From the IMG/VR virus record IMGVR_UViG_3300027726_000013, positions 1 to 25,008 of that record: 25,008 bases of DNA; one strand, 5' to 3'. This DNA comes from a virus (Duplodnaviria; Caudoviricetes). The notes beneath the pieces are model-generated. The model did no database searches. It had not been told where the DNA came from and saw only the letters and a program-made list of their open reading frames with translations. Shown here piece by piece: positions 8,422 through 17,056 of this stretch (its first letter is position 1; each line of letters opens with the position of its first letter). Both the position numbers and the translations under genes were made by a program.

Positions 8422-9429
8422 TTATGTGTAGAATACACAACCGGCGTTCTCTTGTATGACTTTCGCACCGAGTTTCATCCTGATGCAGAAATCATATTCG
8501 CCTGTGTTCCATCGGTCGTATACCTTGATGCCGCCTTCGTTAGCGACTACCATACCCATCCAGTTGTTTCTGTCAACCATGAAACCGACATCATTACCTG
8601 ATCTGTCGTTAGGTATGTCGGTATCTAGATGGAAGTCTACACCCATGAACCTGGGTATCTTACCCTCTAGTATAGCTGAGTTCTGACTACCATATTGGGC
8701 TGCGTTGACGAACTGTGACTCTAAGAACAGGTCGCTGATTAACGCAGGTGGAAGCAGACAATCAGTTGGTGTATACAAATCAGATACAATATATTCTATA
8801 CCTGTTTTTATCATATCTGTAGTGAGTTGTGTACCCCAGTCAACGGTATTGCCATCACAATACTCTAGTGAGTTACCCGCTGATGTGAAAGTGTAACCAG
8901 CATCAATGGGTTTGTTATCAGTAGCACGGTATAGTTGATATGTGAAATATCTCTGTGCATAATAGGCTAATGTCTTACGTATATGCGCCTCAAGTGGTAC
9001 ATTATCGACTTCCTCGAGAGTCTCATATGCGATTGGTGTAGCTGTCCTGTATTCCACAGGGTCGATATACATGGTCTCCATGTCCAGGTCATGTTCATAT
9101 TCCCCAGTGTGAACATCTGTGACGCCTGTCGCCCACATTGTTGAAGCGTTACTAGTGGATGCTTTTGACACCCAGAACAACTGCCTCTTGTTAGACCTTC
9201 TGAGTTGCCCACCTTTCTCTACAACAGCTGTTACCGGGCTGTAATAAAGACCTTCTGCGAGTATCTCGTTAGCCCATGCGCTGATAGGATCAAGTGTCGC
9301 GGTGTCAGTCCAGTTTGTCTGAAGGCTGCCACCGAAACTCATCGTCTTCATATCCTTAGTTATGATATGGTTGCTATCATAATCTGCAAAAGAATGAATC
9401 GTTTTTGGTACGTATTTTACTTCTGACAT
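8422..9429 (-). CDS. Major capsid protein (HK97 fold)
   Basis: 335 aa from MSEVKY (RBS GAGGA; the track start at 9495 overlaps the upstream gene); FVNAAQYG...ILEGKIPRFMGVDF and C-terminal GAKVIQENA typical of HK97-like MCPs; follows protease/scaffold. Confidence 0.85.
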   Translation of the reverse strand: MSEVKYVPKTIHSFADYDSNHIITKDMKTMSFGGSLQTNWTDTATLDPISAWANEILAEGLYYSPVTAVVEKGGQLRRSNKRQLFWVSKASTSNASTMWATGVTDVHTGEYEHDLDMETMYIDPVEYRTATPIAYETLEEVDNVPLEAHIRKTLAYYAQRYFTYQLYRATDNKPIDAGYTFTSAGNSLEYCDGNTVDWGTQLTTDMIKTGIEYIVSDLYTPTDCLLPPALISDLFLESQFVNAAQYGSQNSAILEGKIPRFMGVDFHLDTDIPNDRSGNDVGFMVDRNNWMGMVVANEGGIKVYDRWNTGEYDFCIRMKLGAKVIQENAGCVFYT

Positions 9430-9431
9430 GT

Positions 9432-10439
9432 TTATTCTTTCCTCTGTTTGTTTATGTTTTCTTTTAGTTTTTTCACTGCCGTTAAACCAAACCATTCCCC
9501 GCCATTCTCTCCATCTGACATGGTTGTTACCGGTCTGGTTTGCATCTCTGTGAGAGACTTTTTTAGTTCGTCTATCTGCTTCTTTAATGCAACCATCTCT
9601 TCGTTTGGTTGCTCTGTTTTTATTGCAACTGTTTCTTTTGGTTCAGTTGGTTTTTGTTCTTCAGCCATAGCTTTTTTCTCCTCTATTTTTTTTGTTTCCA
9701 TTAATGGTTGTTTATCCTCAACTATTATCTCTTTTTTTGTTTCGGTTTGTGTCATACTATCCGGTATGATTACGTTCACTGTTATCGATGCCTCGTTAGT
9801 GTCAACAACAGGTTCTTTGTTTTCAGTTGTTATCGGTATGGTGTCTTCTTTGCCTATGTAGCTGCATTCATCGCCGCCTGCGCCTACATCCACTGTAGCC
9901 CCACCTGCTGGTTCGAAATCCACCAGTACAGTCACTTCATCATCGTCTTTTATCTCACGTTTACTGAGGTAACGGTCGTCTTTGCTCACTAGGTGTTTTA
10001 TCTCGCTGTATCTCATTGGTTTCGCATTCGCCCATACTTCCATGCTCACATTTGTAGGTTTCCCTGCTTTCTGGTTAAGCGCCAAAAAACCCTTCCATGC
10101 ATCATACAACGCTGTTTTCTCGCCTTCTATCACGTTGGTCACCACATCGTTGTCTTTCATCTGCGTATCAGTGTGTATGCCAACGATCTCTTGTACCATC
10201 ACCCGCCCGTCGAAGTTACGTCCGTGGTTGAGGTTATGGTACGTCCCATCCCATTGCTTGTATACTTTTTCAAGCTCTGATGCTGGTACGAACTCGCCGT
10301 TCATGAAACGGTTGCCCGTGACTAGCACCATAGGATGTTTATCATCATTTGTAGCCTTAAGGTTCTTTATGTTGCCTTTTTCAGTGGTCACGAAACTAGC
10401 ATTAAGATGTTTCATGACTTTGTTGTCGTTTCTCATCAT
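9432..10439 (-). CDS. Prohead protease / scaffold fusion
   Basis: ELEKVYKQWDGTYHNLNH and NVSME (His/Ser) in N-terminal domain; acidic linker and C-terminal coiled coil LKKQIDELKKSL; RBS GGAGGT. Confidence 0.7.
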   Translation of the reverse strand: MMRNDNKVMKHLNASFVTTEKGNIKNLKATNDDKHPMVLVTGNRFMNGEFVPASELEKVYKQWDGTYHNLNHGRNFDGRVMVQEIVGIHTDTQMKDNDVVTNVIEGEKTALYDAWKGFLALNQKAGKPTNVSMEVWANAKPMRYSEIKHLVSKDDRYLSKREIKDDDEVTVLVDFEPAGGATVDVGAGGDECSYIGKEDTIPITTENKEPVVDTNEASITVNVIIPDSMTQTETKKEIIVEDKQPLMETKKIEEKKAMAEEQKPTEPKETVAIKTEQPNEEMVALKKQIDELKKSLTEMQTRPVTTMSDGENGGEWFGLTAVKKLKENINKQRKE

Positions 10440-10456
10440 TACCTCCCTTTTTGTTT

Positions 10457-11038
10457 TTACCAGTGTCTAAATCTTTTTTGATGTTGCTGTTGCCTGTCTG
10501 CGAAATCCTGCAGGCGTTTATGGTTGAACTCGTCCACAAGCAGGCTCTCCCCCTCGCTTTTCTGCCCCTCTATCAGCTCACCTGCTACTGTCTGGTCGTG
10601 TGTCTCTTTTTTGAAGTCTTCCCATGCGTTCTTATACCACATACTAGGCTGTTTCACGTTTTTTTCCAGGTAATCCCATAGCACAGGGTTTTCCCTGCAT
10701 TCCTTACCGAAGCGATATGCTGCGTAGGTGAAAGGGTCTATGTATGCGGTGTCGATATAGGGTATGCTCAGGAAAAACTCCATCGGTACTAGTATCATGT
10801 CTTTGTATCGCTCATGTACCTGATGTGATAACGCTGCGCCGTCACCCTGAAAAACATATGGTGATATGTGGTCGGCTGTCTCTTTTGTTATGTTATGTAG
10901 TGTTTTTATGAGCGGGTTTTCTGTGTTCTCAAGTGTCTCCCGCAGGGTCTTCGCATGTTGTTTTTTATGCAGGGTGTTGAACAGTCGGAGCATCCATACT
11001 ACTTTTCTTTTTATAGGGTTAAGGTTATCTATGTTCAT
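10457..11038 (-). CDS. Hypothetical protein
   Basis: 193-aa ORF with ATGA overlap to upstream gene. Confidence 0.8.
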   Translation of the reverse strand: MNIDNLNPIKRKVVWMLRLFNTLHKKQHAKTLRETLENTENPLIKTLHNITKETADHISPYVFQGDGAALSHQVHERYKDMILVPMEFFLSIPYIDTAYIDPFTYAAYRFGKECRENPVLWDYLEKNVKQPSMWYKNAWEDFKKETHDQTVAGELIEGQKSEGESLLVDEFNHKRLQDFADRQQQHQKRFRHW

Positions 11039-11388
11039 TTTTTCTCCAATAATTCTTTAAAAGCGTTTATTATACGCTGTCTGTTAAGACGCGCAGCTGG
11101 TCTCAGATATGGTGTGTACCCGTATTTGTTTAGGTCGGGTCGTCCGAACTCTTGTGCCGCTGCATAGTTTTTGCTGCTGCCTATGTATCGTGACATGGGT
11201 TTTGATACTGTGTTGATGCTTGCTCGTAGTAATCCGGTGTCTACACGTACGAGTCGTTTGGCATCGTGTTCTATCCACAGGGCGCCTTTATCAAGTGTCT
11301 CCTCTACTTGTTCCGCTGGTATCATCTGGTCTAATCGTTGTTTAAGCGGGTTTACGCCTTTTATGTTGATTGTTAGTATTCCTGCCAT
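11035..11388 (-). CDS. HK97 gp10-like putative tail component
   Basis: AKRLVRVDTGLLRASI, YAAAQEFG and PYLRPA motifs. Confidence 0.85.
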   Translation of the reverse strand: MAGILTINIKGVNPLKQRLDQMIPAEQVEETLDKGALWIEHDAKRLVRVDTGLLRASINTVSKPMSRYIGSSKNYAAAQEFGRPDLNKYGYTPYLRPAARLNRQRIINAFKELLEKK

Positions 11389-11509
11389 TTTTTGTGTTCA
11401 ACCCCGTCATGTTGTTTTTTGTCAGACAGTTTTCACATAGGCTGTATTGGATAGACCAATAATCCTTTCCTTCGATACCACATCTTGTGTGACAGATGCG
11501 GCATATCAT
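11342..11509 (-). CDS. Zinc-finger microprotein (55 aa)
   Basis: Manual translation MICRICHTRCG...LCENCL; ATGA overlap with upstream gene. Confidence 0.65.
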   Translation of the reverse strand: MICRICHTRCGIEGKDYWSIQYSLCENCLTKNNMTGLNTKNGRNTNNQHKRRKPA

Positions 11510-11724
11510 ATTATCTTCCTTGCACCCGCTTTTTGTTGCCAGGGTGTGAGTTGTCCACGTCTATGGTATTTTTGCAGCCATTCCTGTACATCCCGGCGTT
11601 CACCCATCTTTCGGGCATGACGCAGCCTGTCCCCTCTTGTGACCTTGTTATGCCCCTCTGCCAGGTGTTCAGGTACGCCACCGGGGCTTATACGCCCGTG
11701 TTCCATCCAATAAGGTCGTGCCAA
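11506..11724 (-). CDS. Hypothetical basic protein
   Basis: 72 aa; RBS GGTGATGGGG; TTG start. Confidence 0.7.
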   Translation of the reverse strand: MARPYWMEHGRISPGGVPEHLAEGHNKVTRGDRLRHARKMGERRDVQEWLQKYHRRGQLTPWQQKAGARKII

Positions 11725-11739
11725 TCCCCCATCACCCTC

Positions 11740-12171
11740 TCATATCTTGAAACATTCCAATGACGGCAAATCCATTATAAACGATTTTATGCTGTTGATT
11801 ATCTCCAGTTGCCGTTCACGTGCTAGTTTACGCTGTGTTTTAAGGACTGATTGTTCCTGTTCCACCCTTTTCTGATCTGCGCTCAGACGGTTCATACCCT
11901 CAACACGTGGGTACTGGAAAGCCCAGTTGCCAGGGTAGAAACGATAGGGTGATGCATCCGGGTTCTGGTTGCAGATGTTTATCATCTCACGGATGTTCTT
12001 AAGTGCGTTTTCTTGTGTGATTATCTGTTCTGTGAGCTGGTTCTCACGTATACGCTCGTTTTTGAGTGTGATAACCTTTTTTTCTAGTTCATCCATTTTT
12101 TTGCTTTTTTCCAGGTCTAACTCAATTTCTGTTTTGAGTCCTTTCATTATCATGTTTTTTTCGTGTGACAT
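11740..12171 (-). CDS. Coiled-coil hypothetical protein
   Basis: Heptad-rich 143 aa. Confidence 0.75.
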   Translation of the reverse strand: MSHEKNMIMKGLKTEIELDLEKSKKMDELEKKVITLKNERIRENQLTEQIITQENALKNIREMINICNQNPDASPYRFYPGNWAFQYPRVEGMNRLSADQKRVEQEQSVLKTQRKLARERQLEIINSIKSFIMDLPSLECFKI

Positions 12172-12190
12172 AATTTATCTCGGAAAATTA

Positions 12191-12955
12191 TCATTCCTCT
12201 GGTGGTACACCTGTTATGCTGCAACGACAATTAGGATGAATCGGTGGTCTTTCTCCTATCTCCTCAATATTCTTGCCATCGTTGTCCACGCATTCCTCAC
12301 ATGTGCGCTCATCGAAAGCTGTTATCCAAACAATATCCTTATCCTTGAGACCCATCGCCTTGTACCTGTTGTCTGTAGCGGTGTTATATGCGTCTATTAT
12401 CTCCGTACGTGCTATCGTACGGGCTCGTACGATTCCCATGTTCTGGTTGCCCTCTATGTTACGCCGTATCTCATAGGCTATCCTGTCTACGCCCCATCCT
12501 TGTGTTATCCCTTTGCTGCAACTATATGTGATGGCATCATGCATACTAGTATTGCAGTCTTTGATGCGGTTCATGTTAATCTCTTGGATGTTCACAAGCG
12601 CCTCATAATCAAGTGGCATCATATCATGCCCTGGTATTACATGGTCGATTTTCATGTCACGATTAGCCTTCTTAATACCCTTCTTATACGCCTGTGTCAT
12701 GTTACGATCCACGACAGACCTTGCCGGGTTTGTCACCTGTTGGTCTATCTCCACCCGTAGCCATCGGCTGATGTCGTCTATTATACCCATCGTTTTTTTA
12801 TCCTGCTGTTGTATAACCCGGTGTTGTGGCTCATGCTGACGGACAAGGTCTAGTAGTGGTGGCACTGTTTTTTCTCCGAATTTCTTGTATAGTGTCATTA
12901 GTTGTTTCTCATATTGCCGTCTGAGCATCATAGTCCTTGTCGGGTCTATCTGCAT
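12191..12955 (-). CDS. Minor head morphogenesis protein (SPP1 gp7 / Mu gpF family)
   Basis: DPTRT N-terminus, RARTIARTE, WITAFDERTCEEC and PPIHPNCRC signatures. Confidence 0.92.
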   Translation of the reverse strand: MQIDPTRTMMLRRQYEKQLMTLYKKFGEKTVPPLLDLVRQHEPQHRVIQQQDKKTMGIIDDISRWLRVEIDQQVTNPARSVVDRNMTQAYKKGIKKANRDMKIDHVIPGHDMMPLDYEALVNIQEINMNRIKDCNTSMHDAITYSCSKGITQGWGVDRIAYEIRRNIEGNQNMGIVRARTIARTEIIDAYNTATDNRYKAMGLKDKDIVWITAFDERTCEECVDNDGKNIEEIGERPPIHPNCRCSITGVPPEE

Positions 12956-12966
12956 AGAAAACCTTT

Positions 12967-14358
12967 TTATTTCGCTGCGCCTTCTTTTATCAGTCGTTCC
13001 CCTAACGCCCGTTGTTTCCTTGCTATAGCCATCTCTTGTCTAGTCGGTTTCCTTGTTGTAACCTCGTTTGGTTCTATTTCATCAGGTGTGGGTTCAGGCT
13101 CAGGCTCAGGTTCGATGGGTTCAGGCTCATCTAACATGCCGTCCTCCGGTATGTTAATGTCGTATTCACGGAGCATCTGACGCGCCTCCATGACATCCAC
13201 TAAACCATAAAGACTATAGAGCTGCCCGATAGTGTTCATAAGAAGCGTCTTGTTGGCTATCTCTGTTTTCTCATCTACAAACAGTGGGTTCCAGTATACC
13301 TCATAACGCCAGATGCTTTCGCCTATGAGCAGGTTAAACATCTGATTTATTAATGGACTGATAAAAATGTTTTGTTGCGCCTCAATGCTTTTGTAGTAAT
13401 CCCCTAGTTCTATTTCGTTGCCTGTGAGCTGCCCTGCTTTCTCTCCTATAAGGAACATCATAGGCATGTCCATAGCCGCTGAAAGATGTATGTAGAAATG
13501 ATATAGTGCATCATGTGGGCTGGGACTAGCGGGGTTGAGCAGCTGGAATAATGTGTCTTTGAAACCAGCGAAACCAACTTTAAGCTCCCTTTTCTTGATT
13601 TGTTCTAGGACTTTGAATGCGTCATCAACCTTTTTCTGGTTGACGTTATCTGATGTGTTTATCGTTGGGAATGGATGTCCAAACATGACTAGGTTGTCGT
13701 TTAGGCTTGTGGTGGCATCGTTGTCTGCTTTGATGCTTTTACATGCTACCTCGAGTGGACTTATGCTGAACGGGTTGTCGCCATCATAGTAGAAGCCTAT
13801 GTGTCCTATCCTGCTGCTGTGTATCATTATGGTCTGTATACCGTTTTTGTATTTCCAGTATTCAACCTCTGTCTTGTTTTTGTTTAGTTGGTAGCCGATT
13901 ATCTGCGTTGGGTCTATGCATCGTATATCTATTAGTTTACCGTTTAGTGGCTGTTGTGGTTCTTTGCTGCCGGCGCAGATGTATTCTATCCATCCATTAC
14001 CATAAATCAAAGCGTCTTTTACGGCTTGTGTGAGTTTGCGTTTAACCTGGTTCCGGGTTATGAAATCGTTTAATTGATTTGTGATATTTTCTGGTATGGT
14101 CTCTCCATCGATGGGACTGTCTATCTCAAACCAGTTGTATATTAGGTCACGTGATCGTTTGTTCACGCCTTTGAATATGATTTCGTTACCATAGTACGCA
14201 CGTTTCTTATCCTCTGCTGTGAGGTTTTCTTGAAATGTAAGTCCCCACAACCAGCTTGTCTGATTCCATGTTATGCCACGCATGATATCTGCGCTGCTGC
14301 GTACAGTCTCTTTTTGTTCTATGGTTTTGTTGCGTCTGAGAAACTTTGGTATTTCCAT
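12967..14358 (-). CDS. Portal protein
   Basis: 463 aa between terL and gp7; DALIYGNGW, SPLE, AAMDMPMMFLIGEKAGQLTG...DYY, VYWNPL motifs. Confidence 0.88.
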   Translation of the reverse strand: MEIPKFLRRNKTIEQKETVRSSADIMRGITWNQTSWLWGLTFQENLTAEDKKRAYYGNEIIFKGVNKRSRDLIYNWFEIDSPIDGETIPENITNQLNDFITRNQVKRKLTQAVKDALIYGNGWIEYICAGSKEPQQPLNGKLIDIRCIDPTQIIGYQLNKNKTEVEYWKYKNGIQTIMIHSSRIGHIGFYYDGDNPFSISPLEVACKSIKADNDATTSLNDNLVMFGHPFPTINTSDNVNQKKVDDAFKVLEQIKKRELKVGFAGFKDTLFQLLNPASPSPHDALYHFYIHLSAAMDMPMMFLIGEKAGQLTGNEIELGDYYKSIEAQQNIFISPLINQMFNLLIGESIWRYEVYWNPLFVDEKTEIANKTLLMNTIGQLYSLYGLVDVMEARQMLREYDINIPEDGMLDEPEPIEPEPEPEPTPDEIEPNEVTTRKPTRQEMAIARKQRALGERLIKEGAAK

Positions 14359-14388
14359 CCCCTTTATCCCTTCTTAAAAAAAAATTTT

Positions 14389-14574
14389 TTAGTTCAATAT
14401 TTTTTCTTGGAATATATTTATTGTATGTACGTGTCGTTCGTATGGTACGCTTGTTGTGCCGAAGCAGTTGCCGATTGCTGTACATATCTTCATGTTTTTG
14501 TTCTCCATGATGATGCCACTGAATTTATCCATGAGGTTTTTTAGTGTAATCGCCCGTTCCGTATAGTTGTCCAT
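14389..14574 (-). CDS. Hypothetical protein
   Basis: 61 aa, RBS GGAG. Confidence 0.55.
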   Translation of the reverse strand: MDNYTERAITLKNLMDKFSGIIMENKNMKICTAIGNCFGTTSVPYERHVHTINIFQEKILN

Positions 14575-14756
14575 TTTTGTTTCTCCGGTACGTATGTGGA
14601 ATAAAATAAACGTAGGTTTATCATGTGTCCGTTGTGGTCTCGTTCGTATGTGTAGATTGTGTCTCCCTCATGTTGTTTCATACAAGTGTAGGCTATGCTG
14701 GTGTTGGCGCAGAGCCATCTGCCATGTTCGTAGTCCCATATCGGCTCGTCATCCAT
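14541..14756 (-). CDS. Hypothetical protein
   Basis: 71 aa starting 4 nt after terL stop. Confidence 0.6.
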   Translation of the reverse strand: MDDEPIWDYEHGRWLCANTSIAYTCMKQHEGDTIYTYERDHNGHMINLRLFYSTYVPEKQKWTTIRNGRLH

Positions 14757-14760
14757 AGTC

Positions 14761-15927
14761 TCATCCTATTTTGAAGTATGTATCCTGTCGTTTGCCTAGA
14801 TGTGTGTACAGGGCGTAACGCAGGGCGTCCATAGCATGGTCGTTGAACTTCACTGGTTCATCGAGTACATGCCCGTCCTTGTCCTCTTTGTATTTGTATC
14901 CACCTATCTCTTTGAGGGTGTTGATACTATCACGTGTGATATGTAGTGGGTGTCGTTTCACGAAGTCTATCCCGTCTGTAACCTCTTTATCTGACGGCAT
15001 GCAGACATAGCCTGCGTTGCATATCTCCTCTATGCGTGCTGGTTCTGCACTGTCAGCGTAGATGAGGCTGCCTGGTGGTATTAGGTGTTTAAGCCTGTTT
15101 ATGAGGTCTTGGTTCGTTAGTTTGGATTCGTAGAGCAACTCACGTACATAGGGTACGGTGTCTTTCATGTTTATTTCTATGAGCGCTGACGGGTTGTTAA
15201 AACCAAAATCCAGCCCGTAGAATGTTTCATCTAGGTTGTCTGGTGTGTTGTCAACATGTTTGTAGTTGCTGTATATGATGTTGGTCAGTACACCCCATTC
15301 GCCGAGACAATAAATCTTATAATAATTTTGATCCTGATGTATTAAGTCTTCTAGTTGGTCGATGTATTCTTTTGTGAGAAAAGGGTTGTCTTTGTATGTG
15401 CTTTGGTGATATGCTATGTCCTCCCGTTTTCCCTCTATTAGTTCCGTGTATATCCAGTTTAGTTTACTTATCGGGTTGCATGTGAGAAACATCTGGTTGA
15501 TGACTGTGTTGGTGCGTCTGAGCCTGAGATTCAGTTGTCGGAAGTCATCGATGTTTATCTCCGTAGCTTCCTCAATCCATATGTAGTTGAACTCAGCGCT
15601 TTTTATTTTCTCTGGCTCATCCAGGCTTTTGAATAATAGTTCCGTACCGTTCTGTAGTGTTATTATCAGCTCTGATTTGTTCAGGTTATGTGGTAGGTTG
15701 TATTCCCGTAGCAAATCAGTTATTAGTTTGAAAGCGGTTATCCTCAAGCTAGGCAGGGTTTTTCTTGTTATGAGAAAGCGTTTATTTGGTTCGTTGTACG
15801 CCTTGCTCAGTATCCATTGTGCTGTGCTGTAGCTCTTGCTGCTACCCGCTCCGCCTACCAGTAGGTTAATTCTCTTGTTTGTCTGGTTCAGCCATTTTAT
15901 TAGGTTTGTTACTTTTACTTGTGTCAT
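14761..15927 (-). CDS. terL: Terminase large subunit (PBSX/SPP1-like)
   Basis: Walker A GGAGSSKS, Walker B IWIEEATE, coupling motif TCNP, STYKDNPFL, RNase H GLDFGFNNP, ADSAEP, NDHAMDALRYA. Confidence 0.97.
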   Translation of the reverse strand: MTQVKVTNLIKWLNQTNKRINLLVGGAGSSKSYSTAQWILSKAYNEPNKRFLITRKTLPSLRITAFKLITDLLREYNLPHNLNKSELIITLQNGTELLFKSLDEPEKIKSAEFNYIWIEEATEINIDDFRQLNLRLRRTNTVINQMFLTCNPISKLNWIYTELIEGKREDIAYHQSTYKDNPFLTKEYIDQLEDLIHQDQNYYKIYCLGEWGVLTNIIYSNYKHVDNTPDNLDETFYGLDFGFNNPSALIEINMKDTVPYVRELLYESKLTNQDLINRLKHLIPPGSLIYADSAEPARIEEICNAGYVCMPSDKEVTDGIDFVKRHPLHITRDSINTLKEIGGYKYKEDKDGHVLDEPVKFNDHAMDALRYALYTHLGKRQDTYFKIG

Positions 15928-16288
15928 CTATTAACACGAACTCTATTTTATTGTCTATGTTGCCGGTGTGTTCCATTTTTATCTCTTGCCTGTCACCCCA
16001 TGCGTCTCTGTTCATATGTGCGAGTAACCATTTAGCTATCTCTGGGTTCTTTTTTGATGCATCCCATAAAACATTGTTTAATTCTAGTTCTACTTCGGCT
16101 CGTAGTTCTTTGATTGTCTGTAAAAAAAGTAAAAAATCTGGTTCTCCTTTTTCTCCTCTTTGCATCCAGTTGTGGAGTGTTTGTCTGCTGATTCCTACTG
16201 CTTGTGCTGCTGTTTCGAATGTCGCCCCGTTTTTGAGGTTTTTGTATATGACTTTTGCTATTTCGGGTGTTAGTTTACAGTCTGCCAT
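15866..16288 (-). CDS. terS: Terminase small subunit (HTH)
   Basis: HTH AAQAVGISRQTLHNW, AKWLL...WGDRQEIKMEHTG tail; overlaps terL start. Confidence 0.85.
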   Translation of the reverse strand: MADCKLTPEIAKVIYKNLKNGATFETAAQAVGISRQTLHNWMQRGEKGEPDFLLFLQTIKELRAEVELELNNVLWDASKKNPEIAKWLLAHMNRDAWGDRQEIKMEHTGNIDNKIEFVLIDDTSKSNKPNKMAEPDKQEN

Positions 16289-16291
16289 TTT

Positions 16292-16402
16292 TTATACACT
16301 ACCGTTCATTATCAGGTCTTTATGTTTTTGTAGCCGTCCGTAGCCGTAGTACCAGTCATAGAACTTTTGTTCGATGTCGTATTCAGAAGGTTGTTTTTTC
16401 AT
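16292..16402 (-). CDS. Small hypothetical protein (36 aa), probably leaderless first gene of late operon
   Basis: MKKQPSEYDIEQKFYDWYYGYGRLQKHKDLIMNGSV*; ATG about 25 nt downstream of a TATA box. Confidence 0.6.
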   Translation of the reverse strand: MKKQPSEYDIEQKFYDWYYGYGRLQKHKDLIMNGSV

Positions 16403-16417
16403 AATATGTAACCTTTT

Positions 16418-16445
16418 TGTTGAAGGTTTTATATATGTTTCAACA
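16418..16445 (-). promoter_or_regulatory. Archaeal-type late promoter (BRE + TATA) flanked by an inverted repeat
   Basis: TGTTGAA-ACATATATAAAACC-TTCAACA on minus strand. Confidence 0.65.
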
Positions 16446-16478
16446 TTTAGTTTCCGTCAACGCTTTTAGTTAAAAAGG

Positions 16479-16582
16479 GTTGATATGATGCCGCCGTGAA
16501 TCAACATAACAAGTGATCTGCCTATATAGGACTTGTATCGTATTGGATTGAAAAAGTTTAATCACGGTTTCGGCATATCAAC
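16479..16582 (-). other. Canonical bulge-helix-bulge RNA motif (candidate 81-nt intron or circularised RNA, 16488-16568)
   Basis: GUUGAUAU-GCCG-AAA-CCGUGA...UCACGG-CGGC-AUC-AUAUCAAC: 8-bp, 4-bp and 6-bp helices with a 3-nt bulge 3' of the central helix on each strand. Confidence 0.6.
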
Positions 16583-16729
16583 ACGGCGTATTCGTTCACC
16601 TAGTTCTTTTATGTGTTTTATGCTGATATGGTCTAGTTTTTTGTTTAGTAGTTCGGTGTTATGTCTTATTTTATCGTCATGTGTTATGTTGTCTTCTGTC
16701 ATAATGATTGTAATGTGCCCACCATCCAT
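16562..16729 (-). CDS. Small hypothetical protein (55 aa; start uncertain, alternative ATG at 16702)
   Basis: MDGGHITIIMTEDNITHDDKIRHNTELLNKKLDHISIKHIKELGERIRRVDMPKP*; its stop lies inside the BHB-flanked segment. Confidence 0.5.
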   Translation of the reverse strand: MDGGHITIIMTEDNITHDDKIRHNTELLNKKLDHISIKHIKELGERIRRVDMPKP

Positions 16730-16807
16730 CCCCCTCGTTTGCTCGAGTCGCCTTTAGTTTAATCTATATTCTGAGAACTTGTCCTCATTAATAATATACT
16801 AACTGAT

Positions 16808-16824
16808 GGTATTTAAATGTTTCC
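16808..16824 (-). promoter_or_regulatory. Archaeal-type promoter (BRE + TATA)
   Basis: GGAAACATTTAAATACC, same GAAACATWTA pattern as the late promoter. Confidence 0.55.
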
Positions 16825-16840
16825 AATATACTACCAATAG

Positions 16841-17056
16841 TTATTGTTTTTTTAACTGCAGTTTTTGGATTTCTTTCTTTATCTCGTATTTTTCTTGTTT
16901 CCAGTTTGGTCTGCCGTCTGCGTATCTTTTCATGTGTTCTTCGAAGTCTGTTGTGCCTAGCTGGTTTTTGTCTTCTTTTCTTTTTATTATCCATAGACAG
17001 TCTTCGCAATAGCATCCTTTTTTTATTTTTGTTTTACATCTGTTGCATCTTCTAAT
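16841..17056 (-). CDS. Zinc-finger protein (71 aa) with non-canonical ATT (or ATA) start
   Basis: Frame reads IRRCNRCKTKIKKGCYCEDCLWIIKRKEDKNQLGTTDFEEHMKRYADGRPNWKQEKYEIKKEIQKLQLKKQ*; no ATG/GTG/TTG between the upstream TAA and the Cys motifs. Confidence 0.6.
   Translation of the reverse strand: MRRCNRCKTKIKKGCYCEDCLWIIKRKEDKNQLGTTDFEEHMKRYADGRPNWKQEKYEIKKEIQKLQLKKQ

Noticed and set aside
13088-13130. TCAGGC-type hexamer repeats
   Set aside because: They simply encode the Glu-Pro linker of the portal C-terminus
16488-16568. Box C/D sRNA inside the BHB-flanked segment
   Set aside because: GUGAUUA and UUGA are imperfect, are sequestered in the stem, and no C'/D' boxes are evident
16788-17015. 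75-aa Arg/Lys-rich minus-strand ORF
   Set aside because: The overlapping frame encodes a convincing Zn-finger protein, and this ORF runs through a promoter
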